This document shows positions 1 through 12,515 of a DNA stretch of 64,000 nucleotides, one piece after another (position 1 is the stretch's first letter; each line of letters starts with the position of its first letter). The notes under the pieces were generated by a model. That model searched no databases. It was given only the letters and a program-made list of their open reading frames with translations, and was not told the DNA's origin. The position numbers were made by a program, and so were the translations under genes. Source of the DNA: the human T2T-CHM13v2.0 reference genome, Homo sapiens. Where the stretch lies: assembly GCF_009914755.1 (NCBI RefSeq), contig NC_060935.1. One strand, given 5' to 3'.

Positions 1-1200
1 CAGATTAGTCTGCCAGCACAAGGATGTAGAAAAGGCATTTTTAACTTCATTTTTTGACAAAGGGACTACAATAATGTTTGGATCAAAGCTGGAAACTTTA
101 GTGATATGTTGACATCCTAACCCAATCAAAGTGGCTATTTGATCAAGATATATTGAAAGAGTTTTAAAGGCTGAATTAGGAAGAAATACCCATTCAACTA
201 GAGAATCATTTTGTACTATAAGTCCCGTAGGAGAGTGGATGGAAGGAAAAACTAAAAATTGTAAAGACAAATTTGGGTCAATATGAGAGACTTGTGCCTC
301 TCTCACTCTTTGTTTTACAAAAGACAACTCTTGTTTTGCTGGCTCAGATAGAGAGCAAGGACTGTTTAAATCTGTATCTCCTGATAAAGTGGCAAATAGA
401 TGAAATAATGCATAAGTAGGGATGCCTAGGGTTGGTCTGAGATAATTGATGTCACCTCGTAATGTTTGAAAATCATTTAAGGTGTTTAAATTGTCAGTAT
501 GAAGTTGGACTTTTTGGGGCTTAATGGAGTGAGCTTCTAGCTGCATTCCTAAGTACAGAAAAGGAGTGGCTTGTTGAATTTTATCAGGAGCAATGTGGAG
601 TCCTGCATTGGCATCAGCTAATTTTAAAGAGGTAAAACATTGAATTAATTCATCTTTAGTGGAGGCAGCAATTAGTATATCATCCATATAATGAAGAATG
701 TAATTATTTTTAAAAGTCTGTTGGATAGGTTGTAACACAGTACCGACAAACAACTGACAAATAGAAGGACTGTTAATCATTCCTTGAGGTAAAACTTTCC
801 ATTGATATCTAGCTGCGGGAGCTGAATTGTTAATGGAAGGTATAGTGAAAGCAAATTTTTCACAGTCTGACTTGTCTAAAGGAATATGGAAAAAGCAGTC
901 TTTAAGGTCAATGATAATTAAAGGCCATTCCTTAGGAATCATGGAGGGGGAGGGCATACCGGGTTGTAACACCCCCATAGGTTTAATAACTGCATTAGCA
1001 GCTCTTAAGTCTGTTACCATCCTCCATTTTCCTGACTTTTTTTGTACAACAAACACAGGAGAGTTCCATGAAGACAATGAGGGCTCAGTAGTGTTTGCTT
1101 GTAGTAAATCATTAACAATTTCAATTAAAGCCTCCAACTTGTGTTTGGACAGTGGCCACTGCTCTACCTAAACAGGTGACTCACGCATCCATTGTGCAGG
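1..1200 (-). pseudogene. pol: HERV-K pol reverse transcriptase region
   Basis: Manual translation: PV*VEQWPL...[22 protein letters not shown]...IIDLKDCFF...[11 protein letters not shown]...HYMDDIL...[17 protein letters not shown]. One TAG at 1170-1168, then open to base 1. Confidence 0.92.
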
Positions 1201-1893
1201 GACAGAGGAAGAGAAGGAGAGTGAGGGCGCTGGGATGCGGACTGAGGGGAAGCAGGGTTCCAAGCCTCTGAAAGAAGGGGTCCCGGAGCATCAAAAGAAA
1301 CAGTGGGCTTAGAAAAGGGGAGAGGTCCAAAAGGACAAGAGGAATGAGAAACAGACCATTCAGAAGAATGCCACATGTCCTCCTCTGGCAGAGGGGGCAA
1401 CAGCTTAGTAGAAGAAGAGTTAACATATACAGTTTCCATGATAGGAGGCGGAGGGAGGGGATCATCACCAGGTTCCTCCTCTTGGGGAGAAAACAAGGAG
1501 AGATCGAATTCTTCTTCATCATCAGAAAGAGGACTAGTAGGGGGGTCAGCTACCCGAGGTAAAGGGAGCAGTTCACCATCTGCATTAACTTCTGGCAGTT
1601 GAAGAGGACCACCAGACTGAAAAGGAAGTAAAGCAACACAAATGAGAGCCCAGTCAGTACAAACAGAAATAGGAAGTAAAACACCATTCTCTCTTGAGTT
1701 GGCAGAGTGTGGCACCAACTCGATCCCAGTCTAACAGGTCCATAGAACCTTTGTCAGGAAACCAAGGACAATGTTTTTCAATAGTCTGAAATAAGAGAAT
1801 AAAGTTATTGGAATCAGCCTTGATTCCACCCTGTTTAAGAAGAAGTTTAATAAAAGACAGATAAGGCTGGTGTTTAAACTGTGATTGTCCCAT
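1200..1893 (-). pseudogene. gag: HERV-K gag remnant (matrix plus Pro-rich region), frameshifted and truncated
   Basis: MGQSQFKHQPYLSFIKLLL...IEKHCPWFPDKGSMDLLDWDRVG (ORF 1654-1893) continues after a frameshift near 1700 as LPISVCTDWALICVALLPFQ (ORF 1164-1718). Confidence 0.85.
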
Positions 1894-2033
1894 AATAAGC
1901 CTGGAATATTACTGGTCAACAAACCTGAGAAGAGGGGAGAGTCGGAAAAACCATACCCGGAGACCTTACCGTTGAGACTGAAGACTAGTCATCACAAACT
2001 GCACTCAGAGTGCACTGCGCCGAGGAACAAAGA

Positions 2034-2051
2034 AGGCCATGTTGGGTGCCA
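2034..2051 (-). promoter_or_regulatory. tRNA-Lys primer binding site (decayed)
   Basis: TGGCACCCAACATGGCCT vs TGGCGCCCAACGTGGGGC (two CpG-type changes plus 3' mismatches), 2 nt after the LTR end. Confidence 0.8.
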
Positions 2052-2053
2052 GA

Positions 2054-2950
2054 TATTGCGGGATCTGGCCAGCAGCCCGCAATGCAATGGGGCTCTCTCT
2101 TTGTTCCCAGGCAGATCAGCAGGTTGAGAAATAATAGACACACACAAGATAGTGAAAGCTGGGTCCAGGGGGTCACCGCCTTCTGGTCCCGCAGTGCCAA
2201 CAATGCACTGGTTATGTCCAGCATGTATTATTAAGTTTAGTGAGGAGGGGGTAGGTTAGTGAGGGATTTAGGGTCATTTGATTATGAGGTGAGATGGTCA
2301 CATGGGGATGAAGTAATTCTTTAACATAACATTTGTATGTAGAAGTACAGTACATTAGTATGTAGAAGTACAGTATACAGAGATAAGAATTTACAATATA
2401 GTGTGTGCATCAGTAATTTCTAACAGAGGCTTAAAACAGAAACACAATCTTTCCATAACCTATGATTAGCAAGATATTAATCAGCAGTAACAGTTGCAAC
2501 AAAAGCTGGTTACAAACAATCCATGGAAACAGGACGTGAAGCTAGACAACCGGTTAGACCAGAAATTCTCAGAAGGGAGTATGCCTTAACCCTCAAGAGG
2601 CCTAGAAGAGCCGTGGCAAGATGAGGGCATTTATAGCCCTATCTTATCCCTATGGACAGGCACCCCCCCATGCGTCCGTTTATAGGCTCTCCACAAAGGT
2701 CGCATTCCATTCCTAGAGCTATGAACATCTGCTTTTCTGGGATAGGAATCTTGGTGATGTGAAACCTCCCTGATTGCACGTCCATTCATAGGCTCTCTGC
2801 AGGGGGAAGCACATCACGTGCTGTTGGCTCATTCTGGCAGTCCAACCTGGCATTGTCTTTACACAATCCTGCATGCAATTTTTTATTTACAATAATCAGG
2901 AGCATTTCATCTTTTATTCCATAGAAGTAGTTTCAGGGGGTCTCCCTACA
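2054..2950 (-). mobile_element. 5' LTR, 897 bp, MER11D-like
   Basis: Begins TGTAGGGAGACCCCCTGAAAC and ends CCCGCAATA, immediately before the PBS. Subfamily assigned from recalled consensus and length. Confidence 0.75.
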
Positions 2951-3289
2951 TTTAGCAACATGAGAGAATTTACTACTTTTTATATTTTTAAACATGAGTG
3001 TGCTATCACTGTTATTATCTAGCAGATAGTGCTAGATACGTGCCAGGCACCATGCCAGGCGCTGGCAAGACAAAGGTGTATAAATAATATTTGCCCTTGA
3101 GAATATAGGTAAATGTTTTTTGTTTGTTTTTATTTTTGTTTTAAAACTGGACCCTGCGTTGAGAAGTTCTTGCATCTTAGAGTTGTAGGTATTCATTTTA
3201 TTGACAGCAATGATCATTTCAGCTGCTCTAAATTCAGGATGTTATCTGATTCGAGCCAAGTTTGTACACACAAAAGCTCTTTTTTTGTT

Positions 3290-3417
3290 TCTTTCTCCCT
3301 CCCTCCCTTCCTTCCTTCCTTCTTTCCTCCCTCCCTCCCTTCCTTCCTCCCTCCCTCTCTCTCACTTTCTCTCTCTTCTTTCTTTCTTTCTTTTCTTTCT
3401 TTCTTTCTCTTTCTTTC

Positions 3418-3449
<32 letters not shown>

Positions 3450-3533
3450 TTCCTTCTTTCCTTCCTTCCTTACTTCCTTCCTTCCTTCCTTCCTTCCTTC
3501 CTTTCTTTCTTTCTTTCTCTCTTTCTTTCTTTC
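3290..3533. repeat. (CCTT)n/(CTTT)n polypyrimidine microsatellite derived from an Alu tail
   Basis: Seen directly; abuts the minus-strand Alu. Confidence 0.95.
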
Positions 3534-3742
3534 AGAACAGGGTCTTGCTCTGTCACCCAAGCTGGAGTGCAGTGGCATGATCATAGCTCACTGTAACCTC
3601 AAACTCTTGGGCTCAGGTGTTCCCCCTACCTCAGCTTCCCAAGTAGCTGAGACTATTGGGGCACACCACTATGCCCAGCTAATTGTATTATTATTGTTGT
3701 TGTTGTTGTAGAGATGGAGGTCTTGCTATGTTGCCCAGGCTG
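3534..3742 (-). mobile_element. Alu (old, AluJ-like, partial)
   Basis: Alu right arm and part of left arm, reverse orientation. Confidence 0.85.
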
Positions 3743-4005
3743 AGGAGCTCTTTTCGTAGTAATCATTGCCTCCCTCTTGGTGCCATAATGTAATGTCAGC
3801 ATGGTGAGTTCTAAACAATATGTTGAAGGCATCATAATGGAACAGATTCACTGAAAAATCTCAGATGTGTTTCATGAACTTCATTTGACTCAAGGGCAAT
3901 TTATTAAAATGTGCAGAATCTGGAGGAAAGAGAACTGGGATGAGAGTCAGGAGACAGATGTTTAAGACTTGTCTATGCCTTTGACTGAATGATTTGGGCT
4001 AATCA

Positions 4006-4227
<222 letters not shown>

Positions 4228-4527
4228 TTACATACGATAATACAGGTGAAAATGCTTTGAAAAAAAATTTCTTCCTCATATACATGGTGGTGATCTTGCA
4301 ATATTTATGGAGAACAAATTATAATTTATCTTCTTTTATGCTGGCAACAGTTTCCTGTGTTCTGAAAACCTTCCCATGGGTATTTTACAGAAAAGCACCA
4401 GCAGCCAATAAAATGTTCCAGATTGAGCAATAAGCTTATAACATTGATAAAAGTAAATGAAATGCCTCTTGTCCATCTCTTCACTGTAGAGTCATGCAGG
4501 GCACAGCATGCTCACTTGCTTTACAGG

Positions 4528-4890
4528 TGTCAAATTGAAAGGAATAAGCTGAAGCAAATTTAATATAAGTAGAGAGCGTATTTGAGCCAAGCTTGAGGAT
4601 TGCAGCTCAGGAACATAGATTCAAGTTGCTCTGAAATACACTTCAATCAGCAGCAGTTACATGTGGATAAGCTGTTAATTGTCTATACATTGTTCTTTGT
4701 ATCACAAATTCCAAGAATATGAAGATAATGGGTAAGACAGCTAGTCAGGAACAAAATGAGTTGAAACAATTGTCCCCAGGTATATGTGCTGGGGGCATGA
4801 CTGAAGTCCCATACTCATGCCTGTCTGCACCTGAAAAATTTTGCAAACCTCACATAGCTCAGATTTCTCTGAGCCATTTCTCTCTTCTCA
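4528..4890 (-). mobile_element. Solo ERV1-class LTR (MER4-group-like)
   Basis: TG...CA termini flanked by 4-bp direct repeat CAGG (4524-27, 4891-94); family uncertain. Confidence 0.55.
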
Positions 4891-5833
4891 CAGGTCCTTC
4901 CTCCTCTCCCCATTTCCAACTTTTCCTCTGTCCTCCTCCCCTTCTTCGCCTGAAGAAGAGGGGAAGTATAATTCGTTATAAAACAGATAATGCTTAAAGA
5001 TAGAAAGGAAATAGCAAAAAAAGACACTGCCATACTATGTTGTTTAAACTAAAAATTGATATAGTCCTTTAAGAGCACCAAATGGCTGTATGTATCAAAA
5101 TTTAAATGTTTATATTCTTTGACCAACCCACCCCATGAGCAAAGTCCACTTCCAGGAATTATTTCTACAGAAATTACTAACATATATGTGTATTATACAT
5201 AAAGATAGATGATCAACACAATGCTGTTTGAAATATTGCAAAATAGCAAAGAATATAAATACCATGGGGTGTTTATTATGGTACACTAATACTATGCAGC
5301 CTTCAAAAGAATTCAGTATATATATATATACTGGCATGGGAAGAAGTCTAAGACATTATAAGCCAGAAAACAAGCTTACTCACTCATTTTACTCACTGAA
5401 CATAGAAGTCAATATTTATTGGTTTATGATATATCAAGCACTGGCACAGGTGCAAGGAATATAGCAGTGAACAATTCAGGCAAAATTCCTGCCCTTATTC
5501 TAGAATGCCCTGCATTCTAATTGAAGATTAATGTTTAAAGTATAAATCATTGAGGTTAAAAAGAACAATATACATATATATTTATAAATGTATAGGAAAT
5601 GATTTGAATGATATAAGGATGAATCCAACTAGGAGTCCCTGTTTTTTCTGGGCTTTCAGTGAGAAGGAAGGATGCTCTTTGTGAGAGCAAAAGCATGAGC
5701 TCAGAGACAGGGACATGGGGGTAGACGGGCACAGCCTGTGTGACCAGATCACAGGGAAATATGGTAAAAGTGTGGATCAGGCAGCTATGGACTGGTAGAA
5801 AGAGTATTGGATGATTAGCTTTCTCTTTATATA

Positions 5834-6462
5834 CGGGTGACCCGTGAATAATATGGGAGTCGGGTACTGACCCCTATACAGTTGAAAATGTGTGTGTAAC
5901 TTTTGACTTTTCAAAAATTTAATGACTAGTAGCCTACTGTTGACTGGAAGCCTCGCTGATACCAAAAACAGCTGATGAACACATATGTTGTATGCTATAT
6001 GTATTACATGCTATATTCTTACAATAAAGTGAGCTAGAGAAAATAAAATGTTATTAAGAAAATCATAAAGAAGAGAAGCTGGGGGCACTGGCTCACGTCT
6101 CTAATTGCAGCACTTTGGGAAACCAAGGTGGGAGGATCACTTAAAGCCAGGAGTTAGAGACCAGCCTGGGCAACACAGGGAGACCCCATATCTACCAAAG
6201 AGAGAAAATATATTTACTATTCATTAAGTGGATATGGATCATCATAAAGGTCTTCATCCTCATTGCCTTCAGCTTGAGTAGCTGAGGAGGAGGAGGAAGA
6301 GGAGCAGTTGGTCTTGCCGTCTCAGGAGTGGCAGAGGCAGAAAGGAGTGGAGGTGGAGGGAGAGACAGGAGAGGCAGACACACTCACCATAACTTTTATT
6401 GAAAAAATCCACATATAAGTGGACCTGTGCAGTTCAAACCTGTGTTGCTCAAAGATCCATTG
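5834..6462. mobile_element. Tigger2-like DNA transposon interrupted by an Alu monomer (~6077-6195)
   Basis: Degenerate CAGTTGACCCTTGAA-type terminal repeats with TA flanks at both ends. Confidence 0.7.
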
Positions 6463-7254
6463 TACAAATACTATGTTATCATTGAAAAGATCCAATAATC
6501 CACAAAGAACTCTACAACCTCACAGCCCCATCTTATGTTAGGGTGGCATGTGCTCCAAATGTCTTGAAGAATAATGAATCTTTGGGGCCCCGAACTTAGA
6601 TGCTTCCTGGAGCCAGGCGGGAATGATGCACAAGTGAATCAGCTTAGGCAGGGCTGCAGGCATAGGCCTTCCTCAGAGGGCAGCTGCCATGCCGCCCAGC
6701 CAATGGTGGCCATGCTGGGAGAGAGGCCATGGCTATCAGAGCTTCTGATGTTTAAAGAGGAGCCACATAGACTGTGGACATTTGTAAATGTTGCCTCAAA
6801 ACTTTGTTTCATGCTATGTGGATCCAAAGATCACAGGTGCCAGCAGCACCTGGCCCACAGGCCTCCAGTTTGTGACCCATTAGTCTTTACTGCAGATAAA
6901 AAGAGCCCTGAGGGAATGAACACAGCAAGCTTTCCTACAGGCCTCCAGAAGTGGCTCCCGGCTGAGCGGTGCACACCCGACCACTGCTAAAATCTCTCCC
7001 TCCCAGTCTCCTGGCCCTGCCAGACCACCCGCAGGGAAGTATACTTTACCACCTACCCTGGCAGCTTTGCTGAAAGAAACAGCCCTCCTGGGAGTCAAGT
7101 GAATTCTCAAGTGAAATTCTCTACCTCATAGTTTTTAAATAATACAGAAGAATCCAGAAAAGATGCGAATAATCTAATTCACTCTGTTTGCTCCCACCCC
7201 ACCCACCTCCAACCAAGTCCCTTTCCCTTTCATTAACTCCTCATTCTTAAAAAT

Positions 7255-8655
7255 ATATTTTTAATTGATATATAATAGTTGTACATATTTTGGGGGATAC
7301 ACATGATATTTTAATACCGGTATACAATGTGTAATGATTAAATCAGAGTAATTGGGATATCCGTCACCTCAAATAATTATCTTCTCCTTTTCATTTCCTT
7401 TTACTTTTTCTTCCTTTCTTATTTATTTATTTATTTTTTAGACAAGGTCTCACTATGTTGCCCAGGCTGAAGTGCAGTGACTATTCACAGGCGTGATCAT
7501 GGTGCATTATAGCCTCAAACTCCTAATTTCAAGTGATCCTTCTGCCTCAGCCTCCAAAGTAAGAACTACAGGCACAGTCACTATGCCTGAAACATTTATC
7601 TTTTCTTTGTGTTGGGAACATTATAATTCTTCTCTTCTAGTTATTTTGAAATATACAATAAATTATTGTTAACCATCATTTCCTTATCAAATGCTAGAAC
7701 TTATTCCTTCTATCTGACTGTACTTTTATACCCCTTAACCAGTTTCTTTTCATTCTTCCTTCTTTCTTTCCGGCCTCTGGTAATCACCATTCTACTCTCT
7801 ACCTCCAGGAGTCCACACTTTTAGTTCCAACATATGAGTGAGAAAATGCAATATTTGTCTTTCTATGCTTGAATTACTTCACTTAACATGATGTCCTCCA
7901 GTTCCATCCATGTTGCTGCAAATGAAAGGATTTCATTCTTTTTTATGGCTGAAGAGGATTGTATCAAGCTGAAAAACTTATGTACAGCAAAGGAAACAAT
8001 AAGTGAAGAGACAGCCTACAGAATGGAAGAAAATATTTGCAAACTCTTCATCTGGCAAGGGATTAATTACCAGAATTTACAAGGAGCTCAAACACCTCAA
8101 TAGCAAAAACTCAAAAACAAGAACAAAACAAAATGAACAAAAACTGAAACAAGCCCAATTTTAAAATGGGCAAAAGATTTGAGTAGACATTTCTCAAAAG
8201 AAGACCTAGAAATGTCCAAGAAGTATATGAAACAATGCTCGACATTAGTAATCAGTGGTGTTGGGCATTGTTGGGCATCAGGGAAATGCAAATCAAAACC
8301 ACAATGAGATATCATCTCACCCCAGTTAGAATGGCTATTATAAAAAAAGACCAAAAATAACAAATGTTAACATGGATATGGAGAAAGGGGAATGCTTATA
8401 TACTGTTGGTGAGAATGTGAAGTAGTATAGCCACTATGGAAAACGGTATGGAAGTTCCTCAAAAAACTGCAAATAGAGCTACCATATGATGCAGCAATTT
8501 GATTGCTGGGTATCTATCTAAAAAAAAAGGAAATCAGTATATGGAAGAGAGATCTGCCCTCCTATATTGGTTGCAGCACTATTTACAATAGCCAAGATAT
8601 GGAATCAACCTAAGTGTCCATCAACAGATGAATGAATAAAGAAAATTTGTATATA
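7255..8655. mobile_element. L1 (L1MA-like) 3' end with 5' inversion; Alu monomer inserted at ~7420-7590
   Basis: Minus-strand 3' UTR to ~7952, then plus-strand ORF2 C-terminal sequence ending where the minus segment begins. Confidence 0.75.
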
Positions 8656-9734
8656 ACTTCTTGTCTTAAGAGCACTGAATTCTGGCCTAAGCTCTATCAC
8701 TTACCAGCTTTTTAATTTGGAGTTTTTGAGTTTCAGTTTCTTTGGCATAAAATGGGGAAATAAACCTCTGCCTCAAAGGGCCATAGAGATTATATCAAAT
8801 GACATATGTGAGAGAGCTTTGCCATCTATAAGACATTATGAAATTATAAAATATGCCTATTACTCACATGGGGTCAGACTGAGGAACCAGTAAAAGTTTT
8901 CAAGCAGGTTTCAGCATGCTTTGGAAAGTCTCTGGTAGCATTTACAGTATGCTGTTGGGAGGAGAAGGCTGGCAGCAGAGAAAGCAGTCAGGGACTGTTG
9001 CAACAGTAGAGGTGAGAGGTGATAAAAGGCATTGATATTGGGGAGGGCTAGAGGTACCACTGTGAGAGAGGATGCGGAGAAGGGGGCAGCAGTTATGGTT
9101 CTGAAGGTGTAGTTCGAATGACCGGGATGATAACAAGGCCATTAACCAAAATGGGCAATTTAGCTATTTTATAATGTTTATGGAGTACTGATTATTCCTA
9201 GTAGCTGGTTTGGGGACTGGGAATAATCAGGCACTCAATGACCACTACACATTAAGTTCCCTGTTCTCATGGGGTTACATTCTGGAGGGGCATTGTGGAT
9301 CTTTGCCTGCTGCTAAAATGAGATGTTTACAGTCCAATACAAGGATGAGTTGAGTCTGCATGATCTAAAATGTGTGTCAGAGCCTTGATATGTCTAGGAT
9401 AGGCATCTGGAAATGTTGTAAGGATATTTTTCTTTCTTACTTTTTTATTATGAAAAATTTCAAACACATGCAAAAGTGGAACGATTAGTAAAATGAATGC
9501 CCACGCATGAATCACCCACGTTTAGTAATTACTAACTTATAGCCAATTCACCAACACGCCTACCCATTTTCATTCCCCATTGCCCTGCCCTGATTTATTC
9601 TGAAGCCGATCTCAGACATCATATCATTTTATCTATAAGTATTAAATATCTTAGCATGTATCTCTGAAAGATCAAGACTTTTTAGATACATAACCGCCAT
9701 ACCATTGGTCACACCTAAAAAATTAACAATACTT

Positions 9735-10049
9735 TTCTTTTTCTTTTCTTTTTTTTTTTTTTTGGTAGAGACCAGGTCTTGCTCTGTCACCCAGACTGGA
9801 ATATAGTGGCTCAATCATAGCTTACTGCATTATCAAACTCCTGGGTTCAAGTGGTCCTCCTGCCTCAGCCTCCTGAGTAACTAAAATTACAGGTGTGCAC
9901 CACCACCTGGCTATTTTTTTTATGTTTTTTTTGTAGAGATGGGGTCTTGCTATATTGCCCAGGCTGGTCTTGAACTCCTGTCCTCAAGTGATCCTCCCGT
10001 CAGCCTCCCAAAGTGCTGAGATTACAGGTGTGAGCCACCATGCCTGGCC
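9735..10049 (-). mobile_element. Alu (AluJ-like) within an old L1 fragment
   Basis: Full dimer with poly-T tail. Confidence 0.9.
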
Positions 10050-10629
10050 AATAATAATTCTTTCATCTTTTTGTTGACCAAACCTAACTACTCTGAGGTT
10101 TCTGGTATTAATCTTTAAAGAGTTTAGGTATACAACTATAGCTTATAGGAATCCTCTCAACAAAGGAGAGGATCAGCCCAGAACAATGTATCTGCAAGTA
10201 TGTGTGCTGTTTGTACCTTGTTATAAGGGGGAACAAACAAAAAACAAGTAAAGAAATAAGTGAAGTAGATAAATGCAGTTAATACTAACTGCCAGAAGGA
10301 AAATGAAGCAGGGTGGCATGACAATGCTTAGGGTGGTGGGGGTATTATAATTCCTCTGGCCGTAACTTCATTTCTTAGGAAGGAGACAGTCAGGGCTGAG
10401 CAGGGAAGTGGATCATTTCAGAGAGGAGAGGCAACAGAAACAAAGATCCTGTTTCAGGAGGCCGGTGAGCTGGAATAAAGGGAGAAGACGGAACACTGGC
10501 AGAAGAGAAGGGCAGATCGTGCAGCCATGGGAAGGAGCCTGGAGTTTTTCTTCTAAGTGTGAAGGAAACCACTGGAGGATTCTGAGCAAAGGAGTTGTCT
10601 GGCTTATACTTTTAAAAAATATCCCTGTT

Positions 10630-10923
10630 GGCCTGGTGCAGTGGCTCACACCTGTAATCCCAGCACTTTGGGAGGCCGAGGGGCAGATCACCTGAGGTCA
10701 GGAGTTTGAGACCAGCCTGGCCAGCATAGTGGAACCCTGTCTCTACTAAAACTACAAAAATTAGCCTGGTGTGGTGGCGTTTACCTGTAATCCCAGCTAC
10801 TCAGGAGGCTGAGGCAGGAAAATCGCTTGAACTTGGAAGGCGGAGGCTGCAGTGAGCAGAGGTTGCACCACTACACTCCAGACTGGGCAACAGAGCAAGA
10901 CTCCATCAAAAAAAAAAAAAAAG
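10630..10923 (+). mobile_element. Alu (AluS-like)
   Basis: Full dimer with poly-A tail. Confidence 0.92.
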
Positions 10924-11449
10924 CCCTGTGTTCTGCATGAAAAAGAGGTTGGAGGCAGGCAAGGCAGGAGGAAGGAGACTAATCAGAGGCTCTTGCAGTT
11001 GTCATCTTACACCCTATAGGAGAGTTGCAGCAAAATGGGAAGAAGTTGATGAATATGGGAATATTTAGAAGGAAATGAAAGAGCACCTGCAGGTTTGGGG
11101 ATGGCTATGGTAAATTCATTTTTATAGCATAAGAATGAGGTACTGGTGGACTGGTTTGAGGTGTGGTGTGAGGCCATTTGACAGCGTCCACAAAAAAAGC
11201 TAGGTTGGTCCTGCTCTGTGAGCAGCATGCTGTACATTCAGGGGCCTGATCTGCAGCAGGCTGCCACTTCTGTGAGCCCACACCAATAGCACATGCCAGG
11301 CAATAATGCTGCAATGATGCCTATCCATGCCCCACTGTTTTCATAGAGGGGAGAGCCCTGCCTGCCAAGAAAAATATGCCATAGATACTGCCGGGGGGAA
11401 ACAAATCCTCCTTGTGAGTGTTCAACTGGGGGAAATAAATCTTTTTAAA

Positions 11450-11577
11450 ATTTTCTGTAGAGACAGGGTCTCCCTGTGTTGTCCAGGCTGGTCTCAAACT
11501 CCTAGCTTCAAGTGATACTTCTGTCTTGGCCTCCCAAAGACTTGGGATTTACAAGCGTGAGCCACTGTGCCCAGCTG
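11450..11577 (-). mobile_element. Alu monomer
   Basis: Left-arm sequence, reverse orientation. Confidence 0.8.
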
Positions 11578-12108
11578 GGAAATAAGTCTTCTTTATGAGT
11601 CTTCCAGATTTAGGATTAAATGGGCAGGACTTGAAGTGGGAAACCTGGAGGCAGATTTCGCCCCAGCTTCTTCCTTCCAAAGTCCCGATTCACTCAGAGT
11701 CTCCCTCGGTGCTGAGGAGGCAAGCAAGGAGAAAGAGCTGTGAGAGGGGACAGAGTGATAGAAGGTGATTCAGAGAGTTTTCACTCAGTGGGAAAACATT
11801 TTCATTCATTCAAAAAGCATTTTTAAGCACTTGGTGCATGTGTGGTACTACGGCAGGTGCTAATGAGATTAGAAAAGTCAAAAGAAGGTACAGCCCATCT
11901 TCAAACTGTTTTGGTCTAATTGAGGAAGAGAATATACATTAATTAGAGGCCAGGAGGGAGCCAACAATGGTAGAGAATAAAGGTGAAGTAGCCTATAGAA
12001 AGAGGCAGGTATAAATAAGAAATGAAGTTTCATCGACCCTAACTTTACCCCTTCATCTTAGCCTCAGAATTATCTTTCTCCAGGAAGCATCAGTTTTGCT
12101 GGGAAAGA

Positions 12109-12227
12109 AGCTATATAGTTGTTTTTTTTTGTTTGTTTGTTTTTTTTTTTTTTTTTTGGACTAGTGACAATTTCCTTTTCTTTTTATTTTAATGTAAGTT
12201 CTGGGATACATGTGCAGCTATATAGTT
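12109..12227 (-). mobile_element. Very short L1 3'-end insertion with target-site duplication
   Basis: TSD AGCTATATAGTT at 12109-20 and 12216-27; L1PA terminal GCACATGTATCCCAGAACTTA; poly-T tail. Confidence 0.75.
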
Positions 12228-12391
12228 TTAACTCCCACATTTTCTACAGCAAAACGTCTAGACAGATGGTGTGACAATGAATTCCCTTCTCCCTCATTCT
12301 TAAAATTATTTATATGAAAAGACTGACAAAGACATAAGAGTTAGATCACATTTGATTATCCAATTAGCCTATTGTGTGTTATTTTTTAACA

Positions 12392-12515
12392 ATTTTTGTA
12401 GAGACAGGATTTCACCATGTTGCCCAGGCTGGTCTCAAATTCCTGGCCTCAAGTGATCTCCTGCCTCGGTCTCTCAAAATGCTGGGATTACAGGTGTGAG
12501 TCACTGTGCCTGGTC
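12392..12515 (-). mobile_element. Alu monomer
   Basis: Left-arm sequence, reverse orientation. Confidence 0.8.

Larger units (their letters stand above)
1..2950 (-). mobile_element. HERV-K (betaretrovirus-like, probably HML-7/HERVK11D) provirus, 5' part; continues beyond the window start
   Basis: On the minus strand: LTR (2950-2054), Lys-type PBS, gag matrix (ATG 1893), then directly pol RT (WNSPVF, DLKD, LPQG, YMDD). CA/NC/protease are absent. Confidence 0.9.

Noticed and set aside
827-1171. 114-aa plus-strand ORF
   Set aside because: Antisense shadow of the HERV-K RT frame.
2336-2377. Short direct repeat TATGTAGAAGTACAGTA in the LTR
   Set aside because: Probably a normal feature of this LTR family rather than a locus-specific event.
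3113-3711. Overlapping 116-155 aa ORFs rich in F/L/S/P or K/E/R
   Set aside because: Translations of the microsatellite and Alu.
9735-10923. Inverted Alu pair as a dsRNA/editing substrate
   Set aside because: Intergenic, different subfamilies, no evidence of transcription.
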